A stretch of 59,525 bases of DNA, filler included, from Sphacelaria rigidula (Eukaryota), in the NCBI GenBank assembly GCA_964200075.2. It is 10 parts of 10 records of this genome, joined end to end, with 100 filler letters (N's around TTAATTAATTAA, not from the genome) between each part and the next. Parts side by side here need not be neighbours in the genome. Positions count along the whole stretch, not along the records: positions 23,853 to 29,715 come from CAXNAA020023892.1; positions 29,816 to 35,677 come from CAXNAA020023893.1; positions 35,778 to 41,639 come from CAXNAA020023894.1; 7 more parts are not named here. One strand, 5' to 3'. The position numbers and the translations under genes were made by a program. Positions 25,251-37,418 of the stretch are shown in pieces. The stretch's first letter is position 1. Each line of letters starts with the position of its first letter. A model generated the notes under the pieces. The model saw only the letters and a program-made list of their open reading frames with translations. It was not told the DNA's origin and did no database searches.

Positions 25251-26210
25251 TCCCAACATACACTAACGCATAACGTTCACTGATGTTGAGTAGATCGTGG
25301 CCAACGTCGTGTGTCTTCATATGGGCGGGGTACAAAGATGAGAAATCGGAGGGGGCGCACCCAACACAAGATGGGGAAAGCACACAAGCAGTATAGTTCA
25401 CCACTTGGGAGTGTGCTATGGTTGATTTTCAGTTCGACTTGATTTTATTATGGACACTGGGATCCGGATCTTTATTGCGGCTGTGCTCCAAGTGTGCTCC
25501 AAGCGTGGGCAGAACGCATTTTTGTCCACATCGGCGCCTGGGGCGCCGTTTTGAGGTCTGGCAACGCACTCTTTGACTAATAAAGAACACTTTGCATCCC
25601 CTTGCCCGAGGGTTCTCAGTATGCCTTCGCTGGGGTTAGGGCTAGGGTTACTGTTCGTGTTATAGTTTGTTAGAAATCCTAAATTTCCGAGAAATTTCTC
25701 ACCTTTCCGAGTGGTGAACTGACCTCAGCACAAGTCGTTCTCAACGAGCTACTATTACTATTTCCGCCTGTTGCGCCTTTTGCCATTCCCTTAGTGACAA
25801 CTACCGTTGCGCCGAATACCCCGTGACGGCACTCTGTAAAGAGGTCCATCATTCTTGGGAAAATTATAATACACTTCATTTCCACTGCAGTCTACTATAA
25901 AACCGTGTCCAACACATGGAAACGTGCTGACTATTCCGATCGCTTTCCTCCGGCAGAGTTCATCCCAAGTTGGCGCCAAAATTGCCATGGTTAATATCAC
26001 TTGATTTCAGTGTGAACATCGAGACTTGGATCTTGAATGAGGCTCAACAGTCCCGTGTGCTCCTGGCATGCGCAGTAGGCGTCTTTGTTCAAATCGAGGC
26101 CGATTTGAGGTCTGCCAAGGCGCGCTCTGCCTCGGGCACACCCTTTCACACGTCGAACGACTCGTGGCACTCGCACTCGTTGGGCTGCTCGTTGGCCGTA
26201 AAAATTAACA

Positions 26211-26480
26211 GAGCGAGCACTCGAGTCATTGCTCGTTGTGGAAAAAAGATAATAGGGTGAGCACTCGAGTCACTGCTTGTTGTGGAAAAAAAGAATAGGG
26301 CGAGCACTCGAGTCATTGCTTGTTGTGGGAAACAATAATAGGACGAGCACTCGAGTCATTGCTCGTTGTGGAAATAAATAATAGGGCGAGCACTAAAGTT
26401 ATTGCTTGTTGTGGAAAAAAAATAGTAGGGCGAGCACTCGAGTCATTGCTCGTTGTGGAAAAAAAGTAATGACTCGAGCA
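26211..26480. repeat. Minisatellite, 6 x ~43 bp (CGAGCACTCGAGTCATTGCTCGTTGTGGAAAAAA.ATAATAGGG)
   Basis: Six head-to-tail units followed by an inverted partial unit (TAATGACTCGAG). Confidence 0.9.
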
Positions 26481-26575
26481 CACGAGTCGTGGTCGTTGGT
26501 TGTGTTTCAAAAAAACATCGACGAGTGCACTCGTTTCGACGAGTAATGACTCGTCCGACGTGTGCACCCTTTACA

Positions 26576-26606
<31 letters not shown>

Positions 26607-28471
26607 CCGCGGCCCGCCCCGTGTTCACGTGGTGCAGCAACNNNNNNNNNNAAAAACCCCTACCCGGCGCCCCCGTTTCCGCGATTCACTGCCCGTGCCA
26701 CGGTGCCCCCCTTTCCCCCCCCCCCCCCCCCTCGCCCGAGGATTAAGGCTAGCGCCATTTTTGAAAATGTGTCAACCATAGATATTTTGGCGCCGAACTG
26801 GAACAAGCCCACTTGTGTTACATCTTGGATGCATGACTCATCGCGAAGACGTTTTTTTTTTTGGGGGGGGGGGGCGGAGGAGTAAATTTATACTGTATCT
26901 GGGATTTCTGAGCAAGACTCAAAACGACTGGTCGTTCCGGGTAGATTCGCACTCAAGATACTGCCTTTTGCCCCCCTCCCCGATAATGCACGGCCTGCAA
27001 AAATAAACGACCTATGATGATACTGAGCCCATCAACTGTTGAACTCTGCATGTCTTTCTTACTTCGACGAAGACTCCCCAGTCCGCACTCTTGGACGCGG
27101 GAGGGCGCGTGTGAGGGGTGATGTATGCCTGCTGCACTATACACTATACTGTCTGCACAGAGTGTATACGAGCTGGGCTAGCTGACAGTGATTTTTAAAT
27201 GAAGAATGACAATGCGATTGATCATTCAAAGAGTTAGGCGCTGAAATTTTGACGCCACATTTTTTCCATAAACCCGAGCAACCCTCCTGGGGGTGCAAAG
27301 GGGGGGGGGGGGCGTACTCATTTGGGGGTGCAAAGGGGAAACATGAAAACAAGTGAGAGCAAGTCCAAGTGAGAGCAAAAACAGGGAAAATGCTGTAGCT
27401 CCGTAAAAAAATGATAAAAACGGCTGCACCCCGAATAACGTTGTGGGCACACGCGTCGAGGATATCCTGGTACATTTTCAGCCCAAAATACCTCAAATCG
27501 GGCGCCGCATCGCACTTTGCGTGTGACACGGCCGCGCCTCTTTAACCCTTTTGGAACCCTCCCCTCCGGTCCCCGGGCCAAACGCCTGATTATGAGAAGC
27601 CCTGACAAAGAGGAAAATATGGAAGCAGAAAAGGCCGACGGCAACCATTTTATTATGGAAGACCGAAGGAGAATCAAGTAGCACACGCGGCGGGTGCAGG
27701 AAAAGCGTCCTCCCTGGAGAAGTCGGGTGAGGTTTGCACAATCATACCACGCAACGTATTAAGTGTGTCAAATTGTATCCATCGACAATAATCAGCAAAA
27801 ACACTATGAAACATTTCATTAAAAAAAACAGCAATGGGTTCCAGGGTTTGGTAAGGCACATCGGTAAATAGGAAATCTTTTTTTGTTCCACTGTCACTCG
27901 CACGGGTCTGAAAAATACGCATTGGGTGAATGTTGTAGCGTCTGCGCTGTAAATCATCAACCATATCTTGCTTAAAAACCAAAAACCGTCAATTGCAACT
28001 GATCAATTTTCCATTGTGAGTTCCAAAAGGGGTTAATCCAAGTGATACAGGAGACTCCAGGTATGGAGGTCATCAGTTCAAATCCCGACATATTCTCTTT
28101 TTTTTTTCGTCCGTCGTTGAGGTTATACAATATGCAGTACGTTTTTGGTTTTCATTCAGCGGCGGTGCCGTGTGTTACCAGGTGGGTCTGCACTACACAG
28201 CGATATGCTCAAGTCGCGCTGATTTGGGAAACGTGAGAAGTTGTGGTGTGGGAAAGTGAATACGGGATTTATTGGTGGCCCAGCTCGTAGCTGAACGTCG
28301 AAATGTCACAAGATAACCTTCGATTGCGGTTCGCAGTAAGACTCTTTGATCGCCTCGTAATCTTCAATATCTCGTCAAAGCATGCGGCGCGCCCCGTAAA
28401 ACCTAACGGGACATCGTTCCGTGAGATTCGGGACGGGATGAGACGGGACGGGATATTTGTCAAGTTTTCCA

Positions 28472-28638
28472 CACCTTGGACAATATATGGCCAATAGGTG
28501 CAATAGACAAGAAATGTACTGCATAGAGTATAGGTCTATTGCGACTATCGTGGGCCGGCAATAGTTGCAATATGCCTATACTTGATGCAGTACACTTCTC
28601 GTCTATTGCATCTATTGACCATATATTGTTCAGGGTAT
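28472..28638. mobile_element. ~165-bp hairpin MITE nested in the GGGAC repeat
   Basis: ACCTTGGACAATATATGGCCAATAGGTGCAATAGAC..ATTGCGACTAT, a 12-nt loop, then ATAGTTGCAAT..GTCTATTGCATCTATTGACCATATATTGTTCAGGGT. Confidence 0.85.
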
Positions 28639-29642
28639 AAAGTTTTCACAGATGGAAAGGACGAGAACGGCACTGTGAAAAAAGCAGACGGACGGGACGG
28701 GACGGAACGGTACAGCCATTCCTGAAAAGTGACGGATGGGAAAGGGAGAGGAAGACACCCTGGGCAAAACGACGGACGGGACGGGTTATCCCGCCCCGTC
28801 CCCGTCCCGTCTCGTCCAGATTTGTGTCCCATGACAAGCCCTATTTGTTTGGCCCATAACAACCAAACAGCTGCCAAAACAGCGCTGGTTGAAGGTGTTG
28901 AATCGCTGACCTAGAGAGAGATGCACGCATCGCAAACAGTGCTCGATTGCTCTCACGATGACTTCTGCTCGGCCACACGCGATGATATCTTCGCCTTCGC
29001 TTCGATAAATCAAGAAATGAGCATGCAATTGCCACCGCGTCCCAGTGGCGTAATGCTGCATCGGGCACCACTAGGGCGGAAAGAACGCAGGTTCGGTTTC
29101 CCGTCAGATGCGCTTGTGTTTTTTTTTCCCTTCAAAGTACCTGATTTCTGTAATTAAGAGCGCGAAAACGTGACTATTAATAGCAAAAATACTTCGTTCG
29201 ACTAAGTTTGTTTGTCGCGAGTTCACGCGCGGGCCGGGAGTGCTGTTCCAATCCGCGAGACCAAAATGCAAGGCGTGTACCGTAACGGGGGAGATGAGTT
29301 GACCCCTTGAGACCGCGGACTCATCCCGAGGAGGGGGAGGGATTGAGGCTGTGTGTTATCGTATTGCTTCCGACTCGAAAACGTACGGGGGAATCGATTT
29401 CGCTCGTACCTGATACGTCCACGGCATTCATGTTCTCAGCCATCTTGGAAAATGAAAAGTGTGGACGAATCAGAAATGAGCGAATTCGATCCGACCGCAC
29501 GTTTTCGATACGAAAACAATTTGGTGAGACACGGCCTGAGATCACGAAAAAAAAAGGAAGGTAAAACCTCCCACAGATAGGGGATAAAAATACGAATTGC
29601 AACATTATTGGACCTATCCGAGCGTTTTGAAGCACAAAAAGC

Positions 29643-29715
29643 GGGGGGCGTACTCATTTGTTGCTTGCCTTAGTCGTGTGACCATTGACCACGCATCCCT
29701 TTCGAGACGGAGCAC
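29643..29715 (+). mobile_element. G-run plus start of the Gypsy LTR family, truncated by the contig end
   Basis: GGGGGG-CGTACTCATTTGTTGCTTGCCTTAGTCGTGTGACCATTGACCACGCATCCCTTTCGAGACGGAG is nearly identical to 35310-35379. Confidence 0.85.
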
Positions 29716-29949
29716 NNNNNNNNNNNNNNNNNNNNNNNNNNNNNNNNNNNNNNNNNNNNTTAATTAATTAANNNNNNNNNNNNNNNNNNNNNNNNNNNNN
29801 NNNNNNNNNNNNNNNAGCACTGTTTTGGGCTTGAGCCTCATCTCGAAGTTAAACCTCAATTCGCACAATTTGTTGTTTTCTGGCGATTCATTTTCACCTT
29901 GCAGCTGAGCGATCTATACGATCGTACTATCTGTGTAGTTTTGCCTCAT

Positions 29950-32900
29950 TCTGTTGATAGTCTGGGCGTAACCTCGGTTCTTCACGAAAACAACATGCGA
30001 TTTGGGCCCGATCACAGCCTTTGCGGAGCGAGTAGCACAACCCAATGTGATTAGCGATGCAGCAGCGGGGAGAAGCAGCCAAATGTTTGCACCAGCACTT
30101 CGTACGTATTGTGATGACGCACAGCATGGCGTACCGCAACGACTTACGCAGCCAAATGCGTACTGCTGACCGCGGTGGGAGGCCTGATAGGCTGTTTTTG
30201 CTTGATGACGTGAAAAATCAGCTGCAATCGTCTTCAAAGCTCGCCGCGATGCTGCAGCAAACCAATGCTGGACCCTCCCATTCCCCCGAAATGCCGCCCG
30301 CTTCGTCAGCTTCTGCTGTGTCCGTCTACCCTCGTGTTAGCCGGCCAACACGCTACAGCCCCTTCCGTCACGGAGTTCAGCAACCACCTGGCGACTTTAC
30401 CGGGCCTACACGGTGTTCCTTGGGTGAAGCAGGGGTCAAAGCCCGACAAGCCCACCCCCCGCGATGTAGCTCCGAGTCATGAAGCTGCGCCCCGCGCAGT
30501 GGATTCGAAAGTCAACCCCCCGGCACCGCCGTCCAGTGGCGCTTCGTCACCCCCCGCCGCCGCACCCACCCAATCAGCTGGATCGGCTCAGTCCCCCGAG
30601 ATATGCATGCCCCCGGTCGCGGTGGGACGAGTAGCATCGGTCACTTTCCTGCGTGATAAAAATATATGCTTTCGTTACACCTTCACCGGCTCGTGCCGTT
30701 ACCGGGGGAATACTCCTTGCCCGTGGACACACGGCATCATCCCGGCAGCACATCACAGCGGGTTACCGGCCCGTCGCAAATCGGCTATCCGCCCACGACG
30801 GCTGCTGCACACATCGAAGCTCGATATTTGGCGGTAATAGACTTGGGACTTATCGGCGAAGACTGCAACGACGACATCGGGGATGTGCTGGGTGCATCTT
30901 CGGACGCGGCCACCAACGACGATACCTCAGCAGACGCGTGAAGACGCGCGCCAGGTACAACTGATTTGGGGAACGTACGCCGATCAAACCATACCATAAT
31001 CTCTCAGCGTCGCGGGAGCTAACTCTGGGTGACGGGCGAAATCTGGCGTCAATGGCGTCTCTGTCAGCCATGGTCGATAGACGTTCTGCTGGACACTCGA
31101 ATGGGAGGAGGCAGATATACGTCGGAAATGTTGTGGCTCAGCTTGCAAGGCCAACATATTGGACGGTACCCTGAACCCTGGCGCGGAGAGCGTTCTCTGT
31201 CGCTAACCCTTCCCACAATAAGGCTCTCCCAATAAACATGGTTGGCTCCGTAGCTGTACCCCTGTTTTTAAACTGCTGACTCACGGGTTCGTAGTGTAGT
31301 CATGCGGGTAGTGGAAGACCTACCGCGTGGCATTATTTTCGGCGCAGGGTATTTTTGGTCCAAAAATAGTAATTTAGACTTCGCTTCAGGAAAAGGGTTC
31401 CACCCCTTGCCATTGGCACCGTGGATCCCGCTTCTCACGGACGAAAGACCTCTTCACCACACTGAAGATATATTAGTAGCCTTGAGTACCACGACCGAGA
31501 CCCCTGTCCCCGCAGCCGTGCCCTCCATCCCGTTTGTCCACGACCACCCCAGTCACCGACATTGCCTTGGAAGACGACAGCACCCAGGAATGGAAGCTCC
31601 GCCTGGTCGGACAAGCAGTCACGATCGGTGGCTTTGTCAGCGTCGCCGTAGAAACAGTCGCAATCGGGCCGCGACCACAGGATAGGCAGCTAGTGCTCGT
31701 ACTTCTCCAGGTTAAGTTTGATCTAGATGAGGGGACAGCAGTGGAGATCGTGAAGGGGGTAACGTGGTGGCAGCCGAGTTCATCGGTGTACTGCAAGTCT
31801 GTAGATAGAAGCAAGGAGCAGACAGCGGTGAAGACCAATGGGACGGTCGCGCGTATGGGAGCACTAAATGTACGTGACCCCGCCAAGTTCCACTCACTTT
31901 CCGACCCATGCCCATCTACGATGAATCCCCTCGAATCCCCCTCCCCGCGCACCGCGTCCCGAAAGTAGTTGCCGGTGAAACCACCCCCCAAGGTGAGCGT
32001 GGCGGACGCAGACATGGACCAGCTAGGCGAAGTAAAGAAGAGGGAGCTGGTGGATATGCTGCTGAGCTTCATCGTCGCTGGACTGCTCCAAACGGACCCC
32101 GAGCGGGTTCCCGCCTACATCGACCGTGATCTACAACCCCCCTCGTTGGCGAGTTCTGTACAAGGTCGATTGTTTCGAGGGGTGCCACATGATTCACGAC
32201 GAAGTACACCATCTTCTTGACAGAGGGATCATCCGATCCTCAACCACTCCATGGGCAGCCCAATGCCTATGCGTCAAGAAGAAAGACGGCACTTCACGCT
32301 TGTGCATCGATTTGCGTGAACTAAACACACTCTTGGTTTTGAACAGCGTGGGTCAAGGCATATGCAATCAATTTCGACGGTCTCAAAGGCAAGCGTTATT
32401 TCACACAACTTGATATTACCTCTGTATTCCACCAAATCGAGATCGCCGAGAAAGATCTCCACAAGACGGTGTTCAGAGATCCAGGTGGCCTCTTGCACGA
32501 GTTCACCAGGGCGGGGCCTGGCCAAACAGTTGTACCTGCTGCAGCTTCCACCGGCAGAGTGTGAGTAACAGTAGGACAGTTAGATGGGGTATTCAGCTGG
32601 CTTGACGACATCCTTATCTCGAACACATCATGAGGCGAGCATCTAGTTCTCATCGTGATCAAGTTACAGCGCTTGTTGATCGCGGGATTGTCGAGGAACT
32701 TCGCCAAGGGCGTTTAGCATCAGCTTCGCAGGATATTTTGGGCATGTGTTGGTAGATAGAAGTGGCCTTCAACTCGCCCTATCCAAGCTCGCCGCTATCG
32801 AACGAGATGCCCAGACCATCCTCGGTCGAGGAACTGCATTATTTTTCAGACCTTACAGGGTACCTGCGACAATTAATCGAGAAATACAGCCTAGTAACGG

Positions 32901-35380
32901 CTACACGCACCGACCTGCTCTGCGATAAAGATTTCTCATCCAAACGGGCACGGAAACTACTCATACCCTGGAATGTTGAGCAAGAGGAACCGTTCGAAGT
33001 CCTCGAAGCCGCGTTGTCCTCACCGACCGCACTAGCCTTCCCCGATCTCAACAACTCGTTTTTACGGCAGACAGACGCCAAGCGAGATCGGTGGCGGGGT
33101 GGGGCTGCTGCAGTCGGCTGGACACGAAACCCGTATCATATGTTAGCTAGCCATAAATTCTCACGTAACGACTCGCGCAGGGCGCGCACGGCACGAGAGT
33201 GCATGGCTGTGTTGTGCGGTGTCCAATACTTTAGGCAATACTTGGCCGGTAGGAGGTTCAAGTTGATCACTGATTCTTCGGCACTCATATGGCTGTTCCA
33301 CAGTGGCAATCGCTGTCCCAAGTCACAGGTGGGTCCTCCGGTTAATAAAGTATGACATTGATGTCTAGTGAGCAATGCTACGATAGGGGTTACAATTTTT
33401 GTTTCTGGGTCTCGATTTTGTAGGAGCCCAAATATATGGGGCTTACTGTGCAACCCAAATCTCCGGGGACAGGGCATGGAGATGCACACAGGGGCCTTTC
33501 GTGAATCGGCATCATCTTCAATCGTTTTCAAGCGAAAATGATGCCGATTCTCAAAATGACCCGTGCAACACCCCAATAAACATTTTCGCTCAAAAAGTGC
33601 AACCCTACCGTAGCATCATTCTAGTGGCGAAAGGGATCTCAACATGTGCTACCGGATGCCTTGCCCCGCCATCCACATGCGGGTGAGTCACAGCCCGACA
33701 TTGACGACTCATTTCCGGATGATTTCACGTCAGGCTCGCCAGAAGAGTTCGTGGACCCTCGAGCGCTACAACTCGCGCGACAACGATTGTCGGAGCTGCG
33801 ACTGGAGAGGGCAGGTACATCAGTGAGCGTCAACACAACCATGCACTCGACACCTAACCCTAACAGACTGGCGGACCTCGCCACCCAGAAGCCATTTCCC
33901 TTCGTAGATTGCGCAGTAATCACCGTCACCAACCTGTCCGCCGTTCAAACCGAAACCGCAGACCGTTAGCACTGTTACATTCCTCGATGCAGCGCACCCA
34001 ACGCCCCTGCCACTCGCTCCCCAAGTGACAGACGCGAGACCGCCCGTAAAACCGTCGCCGATTGGAGTACCGTCACAGGTGTCAACGCCGATAATTCTGT
34101 CGACGGTCGGCGAAAGAGAAGAGGTCGGCAAAAAGCTTCATGCCGGAGGGGAGACGCCGACGGCGTCAGCAGACCTCCACATGACGGACACAGCGGCGAT
34201 TGATCGTGCTCCGGCGACACTCATCAATGTAAGCAATCTCAAGCGTCACCAAAAAGGGGATCATTTTCTGGAATAGGTGCAGTCGGAACTGAAGGGAACG
34301 AAACAGCAGAGACGGTGGGTGAGGAACGGCCAGACTACAGATTTTGCGGGCAAGGGTGTACTGCGGTACTGGGGAGCCGATGACGAGAAGTTGCGAGCTG
34401 TTCCGAGAACGATGATAGCCGACATGTTAGCACTCGTGCGTACATTTCATAGACACGTCGGAGTAGGTGCCACCCTGCCTCTGATGCGCGACCGCTTCCA
34501 TTGGCCAACAATGACGAGTGAAGGACAATGCTACCGTCTCGAGACCATGAGCAGGTGTGTCACTCATGGAAGAAGACATGGTAATGGTTAGGGAAAGTGA
34601 GAGACCCACGTACTGGGATGGCAGAGGGAGAAAACTGCGACACGAGAAGTATACGGGACCTTGGACGATGAGAAAGTGTTGATGGTGGGGCACAGTCTGG
34701 AGGTGGTGATGCAAGGACGCAAACTACGTACTCACAGGATAGCCCTGTCTGATGTCAAACCGCACTCTGTACGGCCGCCGCACTTGAGACACTCCATCCA
34801 TGACGAGTTCGCCCGGGTTTCCTGGGGATCGGACTTTGAGGCAGCACTACTCTCTAACCTCAAACCTCGCCCTCTTTCGCTGAGAGACAGTCAGGAGTTT
34901 AGACCCGAAAGAGAAATTGCAGGTTGGGAGTACCGAGGAAAAATCCAGGATGGAGCAATGTCGGAGTGACTATCGGAGAGCGAGGCCCTGTAAAGCTTGA
35001 CACCTCTACAACTGGGCGGGTTACACGCCCTTTGATATCTCAACCATCCGGCTAAGGCATCAAGTATACCGTCCCGCCCGAGCGTCCACTATGCTGCTCT
35101 GTCGCGCAGTGATACTCTGAACTTGTTTCCCATAGGTTTCACGTTCTGGAAAGATTTCGGCGAAGACGAGCAGAAAAGACAAGTGCTCAACCACGGCAAG
35201 CGCTTCTGGAGAGTGAGATACGATGGCGGGGACTGGGAGGAGTTGCCACGAAGATAACTCCAGCAGCTAGCCCAGACGAGCGAGCCTGAGTCATCCTACG
35301 ATACGGGGGGGGGGGCGTACTCATTTGTTGCTTGCCTTAGTCGTTTGACCATTGACCACGCATCCCTTTCGAGACGGAGG
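29950..35380 (+). mobile_element. Decayed Ty3/Gypsy LTR retrotransposon (gag-PR-RT-RH-IN order), integrase core deleted, PPT and start of 3' LTR present
   Basis: PR IDVLLDTRMGG (~31077); RT PWAAQCLCVKKKDGTSRLCIDLRELN and SWLDDILI (WLDD at 32598-32609); RH RQTDA..ECMAVLCGVQYFRQYLAGRRFKLITDSSALIWL..VLPDALPR; IN zinc-binding FHRHVGVGATLPLMRDRFHWPTM; KYTGPW module; G11 at 35305-35315 then LTR. Many stops and frameshifts. Confidence 0.93.
33371..33619. mobile_element. 249-bp MITE inserted in the Gypsy RNase H coding region
   Basis: TIR-like ATGCTACGATAGGGG / ACCCTACCGTAGCAT; TCTAGTG occurs on both sides (33364-33370, 33620-33626). Removing it rejoins KYDIDV*WR with HVLPDALPR. Confidence 0.8.
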
Positions 35381-35930
35381 TATTTGATTGCACGAAAGGC
35401 AGGTATGTACCAAAAAACGGTTGTTGTGACTCCACACTAGTTTAACGCTAGGAATTGAGGCTCGGCCTCTCACACGGCTCGTCCGCGGGTCTATGATTGA
35501 AGCGACGGTTCGCGTGTGCCTGAGGTGTAGACGTTGGATCCTTGACTAATTTTCCTCATGCTTTTCGGATACTGTTTTCATGCTTTTCGCCTCTACTTTT
35601 TTTCGTTTTCGGCAGGCACATTTTCCCTTTTTTTGTGTGCCTTTATTTTTTTTTTGTGTGCCTTATTTCTTTTTCAGNNNNNNNNNNNNNNNNNNNNNNN
35701 NNNNNNNNNNNNNNNNNNNNNTTAATTAATTAANNNNNNNNNNNNNNNNNNNNNNNNNNNNNNNNNNNNNNNNNNNNAAAATTTATTGTAACCCTTCATC
35801 ATCCCAATAGTCTCGTACCTAACCCGTATCCTATACAAGGTGGGTGTGTGTGTGGGGGGGGGGGGGGGGGGGGCAACTCGTCGGGAAATATGCAGAGACA
35901 GAGACAGATGCAACCGTTGCAATGGCTCAC

Positions 35931-36038
35931 CTGCATAAAGCCCAACGGATATTTGTCATCATCATCCTGATAGACAAAGGCTTCGCCGTTGGCACGATGA
36001 TGGAGCTTCACCATCACTCCCCCCATGAACTCGTATAC
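35931..36038 (-). CDS. Tyrosinase-family protein, internal exon; the gene continues beyond the contig
   Basis: TTCCAG|VYEFMGGVMVKLHHRANGEAFVYQDDDDKYPLGFMQ|GTGAGC; 36 codons, phase 0-0. Confidence 0.82.
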
Positions 36039-36644
36039 CTGGAATGGAATTTTGTGGTGCAATGAATTGGGCAAGATCAAACCGGCAACAGGGGGGAGAA
36101 TGGATCATGACCAAAAACCTAGCACTCCGTATGGGTCAGGTGGTGTCGTATTGGTGTTCATTGCTCGAGAAGTAAAAACAGTTCAGCTGTTTAGATGCCG
36201 TACAATTCGAGCGCTTCGGTAAGGCTGTACCGCATATAAATATCGATATATGTAACCTGAATACTATTGTGACCACGACTAGATTCGCAGCACATGAGTT
36301 TTTGCACAACCAACCGTTCAACCGACGTAACGTTGCCGGCATATCAGGGTCCGGGACGCTGACTTCACGTAGCTACTTCGGCCTTTACACCGAAAAAGAC
36401 AAGAGAGATAAAATACTCGAGAATTACGACGAGATGGTTGCCACACCGTGAACAACACACAACAAAGTCAGAAAACGCACGGCGTCAGGCATCGAATGTA
36501 TTGTCTTTTGATATCAAGACACAACATTCCATACTTCACGCACTTCACTCTTTGACAGTGTAATCTAGCGCTCAGGATGTAATATTTGCCCTCCCCCGAA
36601 AAAACAAACACTAAACAACAATTTGATTCATTGTCGCCCTTCAC

Positions 36645-36845
36645 CTCATCGTCGTCCATTTCGAAAGGGTCCACGTTGCACGTACAGCCACAGCTCATGC
36701 CAACTTCACAGGACTCGTCGCACGAATTAAAATCATGCATCAGCGAGTTACCAGGCCACTTGTTCGCCAGCAGGTACTCCAAGGCGAAGGTCAGCAGAGG
36801 ACGGCCGTACTCCGGATGTTCTTGCATGAAGGTCTCCATGTTGGT
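36645..36845 (-). CDS. Tyrosinase-family protein, Cys-rich internal exon
   Basis: CCGACAG|TNMETFMQEHPEYGRPLL..SCDESCEVGMSCGCTCNVDPFEMDDDE|GTGAAG; 67 codons, phase 0-0. Confidence 0.85.
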
Positions 36846-37418
36846 CTGTCGGAAAGCAGGGGGGAGGGAAAGGGAGCATAGCGCCACGCTCATCCGTCAT
36901 GCGATACAATGCCGTGCAGGCTTTACCACCAAAAGCGACAGGCTCCGCAGAACAGAGCACGCTACAAGGGCGTCAACTCGATCATCAAATGACGCCGAAC
37001 AGTAGTACTTTCGACGCGGACAAATCCCGTCCGGGTCCCCTTTCGATTCTATCGTCTCATCCCATAATTCACCTACTGTACAGCACAGTACCGTAAATTT
37101 AGCTCAGCACCTGCTCCCCCCCCCCCCTCCATTATATTGTAGTGTAGCACACGTGAAAAAAGACCGCCTTCAAGCGGGACTCAGTCTTGACGTGGATTGG
37201 TCCCCACGAACAGAGGAAGTTACGGTCCAAGTCAACTTCCACAGTTCTCAACTGCGGCCTAGCCTCAAAGGGATGACACTGACTACTGCCGTAGGTGGAT
37301 TTCGCTGGACTCATCCATCGCCGGATCGTGGTGGAGTTGGGACAATAAACAACAAAACCACGCACACACACAAACACACGAGTGCAGGTTAAACTATGCC
37401 TTTCAAGAGTTGACTTAC

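Noticed and set aside
26211..26480. CRISPR array
   Set aside because: The variable parts are short, near-identical A-rich segments rather than unique spacers; no cas genes; eukaryotic context.
29643..29815. LTR start at the end of contig 5 as the 5' LTR of the Gypsy element in contig 6
   Set aside because: The two are separated by an artificial spacer between length-sorted contigs, so adjacency is coincidental. The copy is also preceded by a G-run, as a 3' LTR would be.
33399..33686. DNA methyltransferase-like insert (FLGLDFVGA) between RNase H and integrase
   Set aside because: The segment is a TIR-bounded MITE insertion, and no PCQ or ENV motifs are present.
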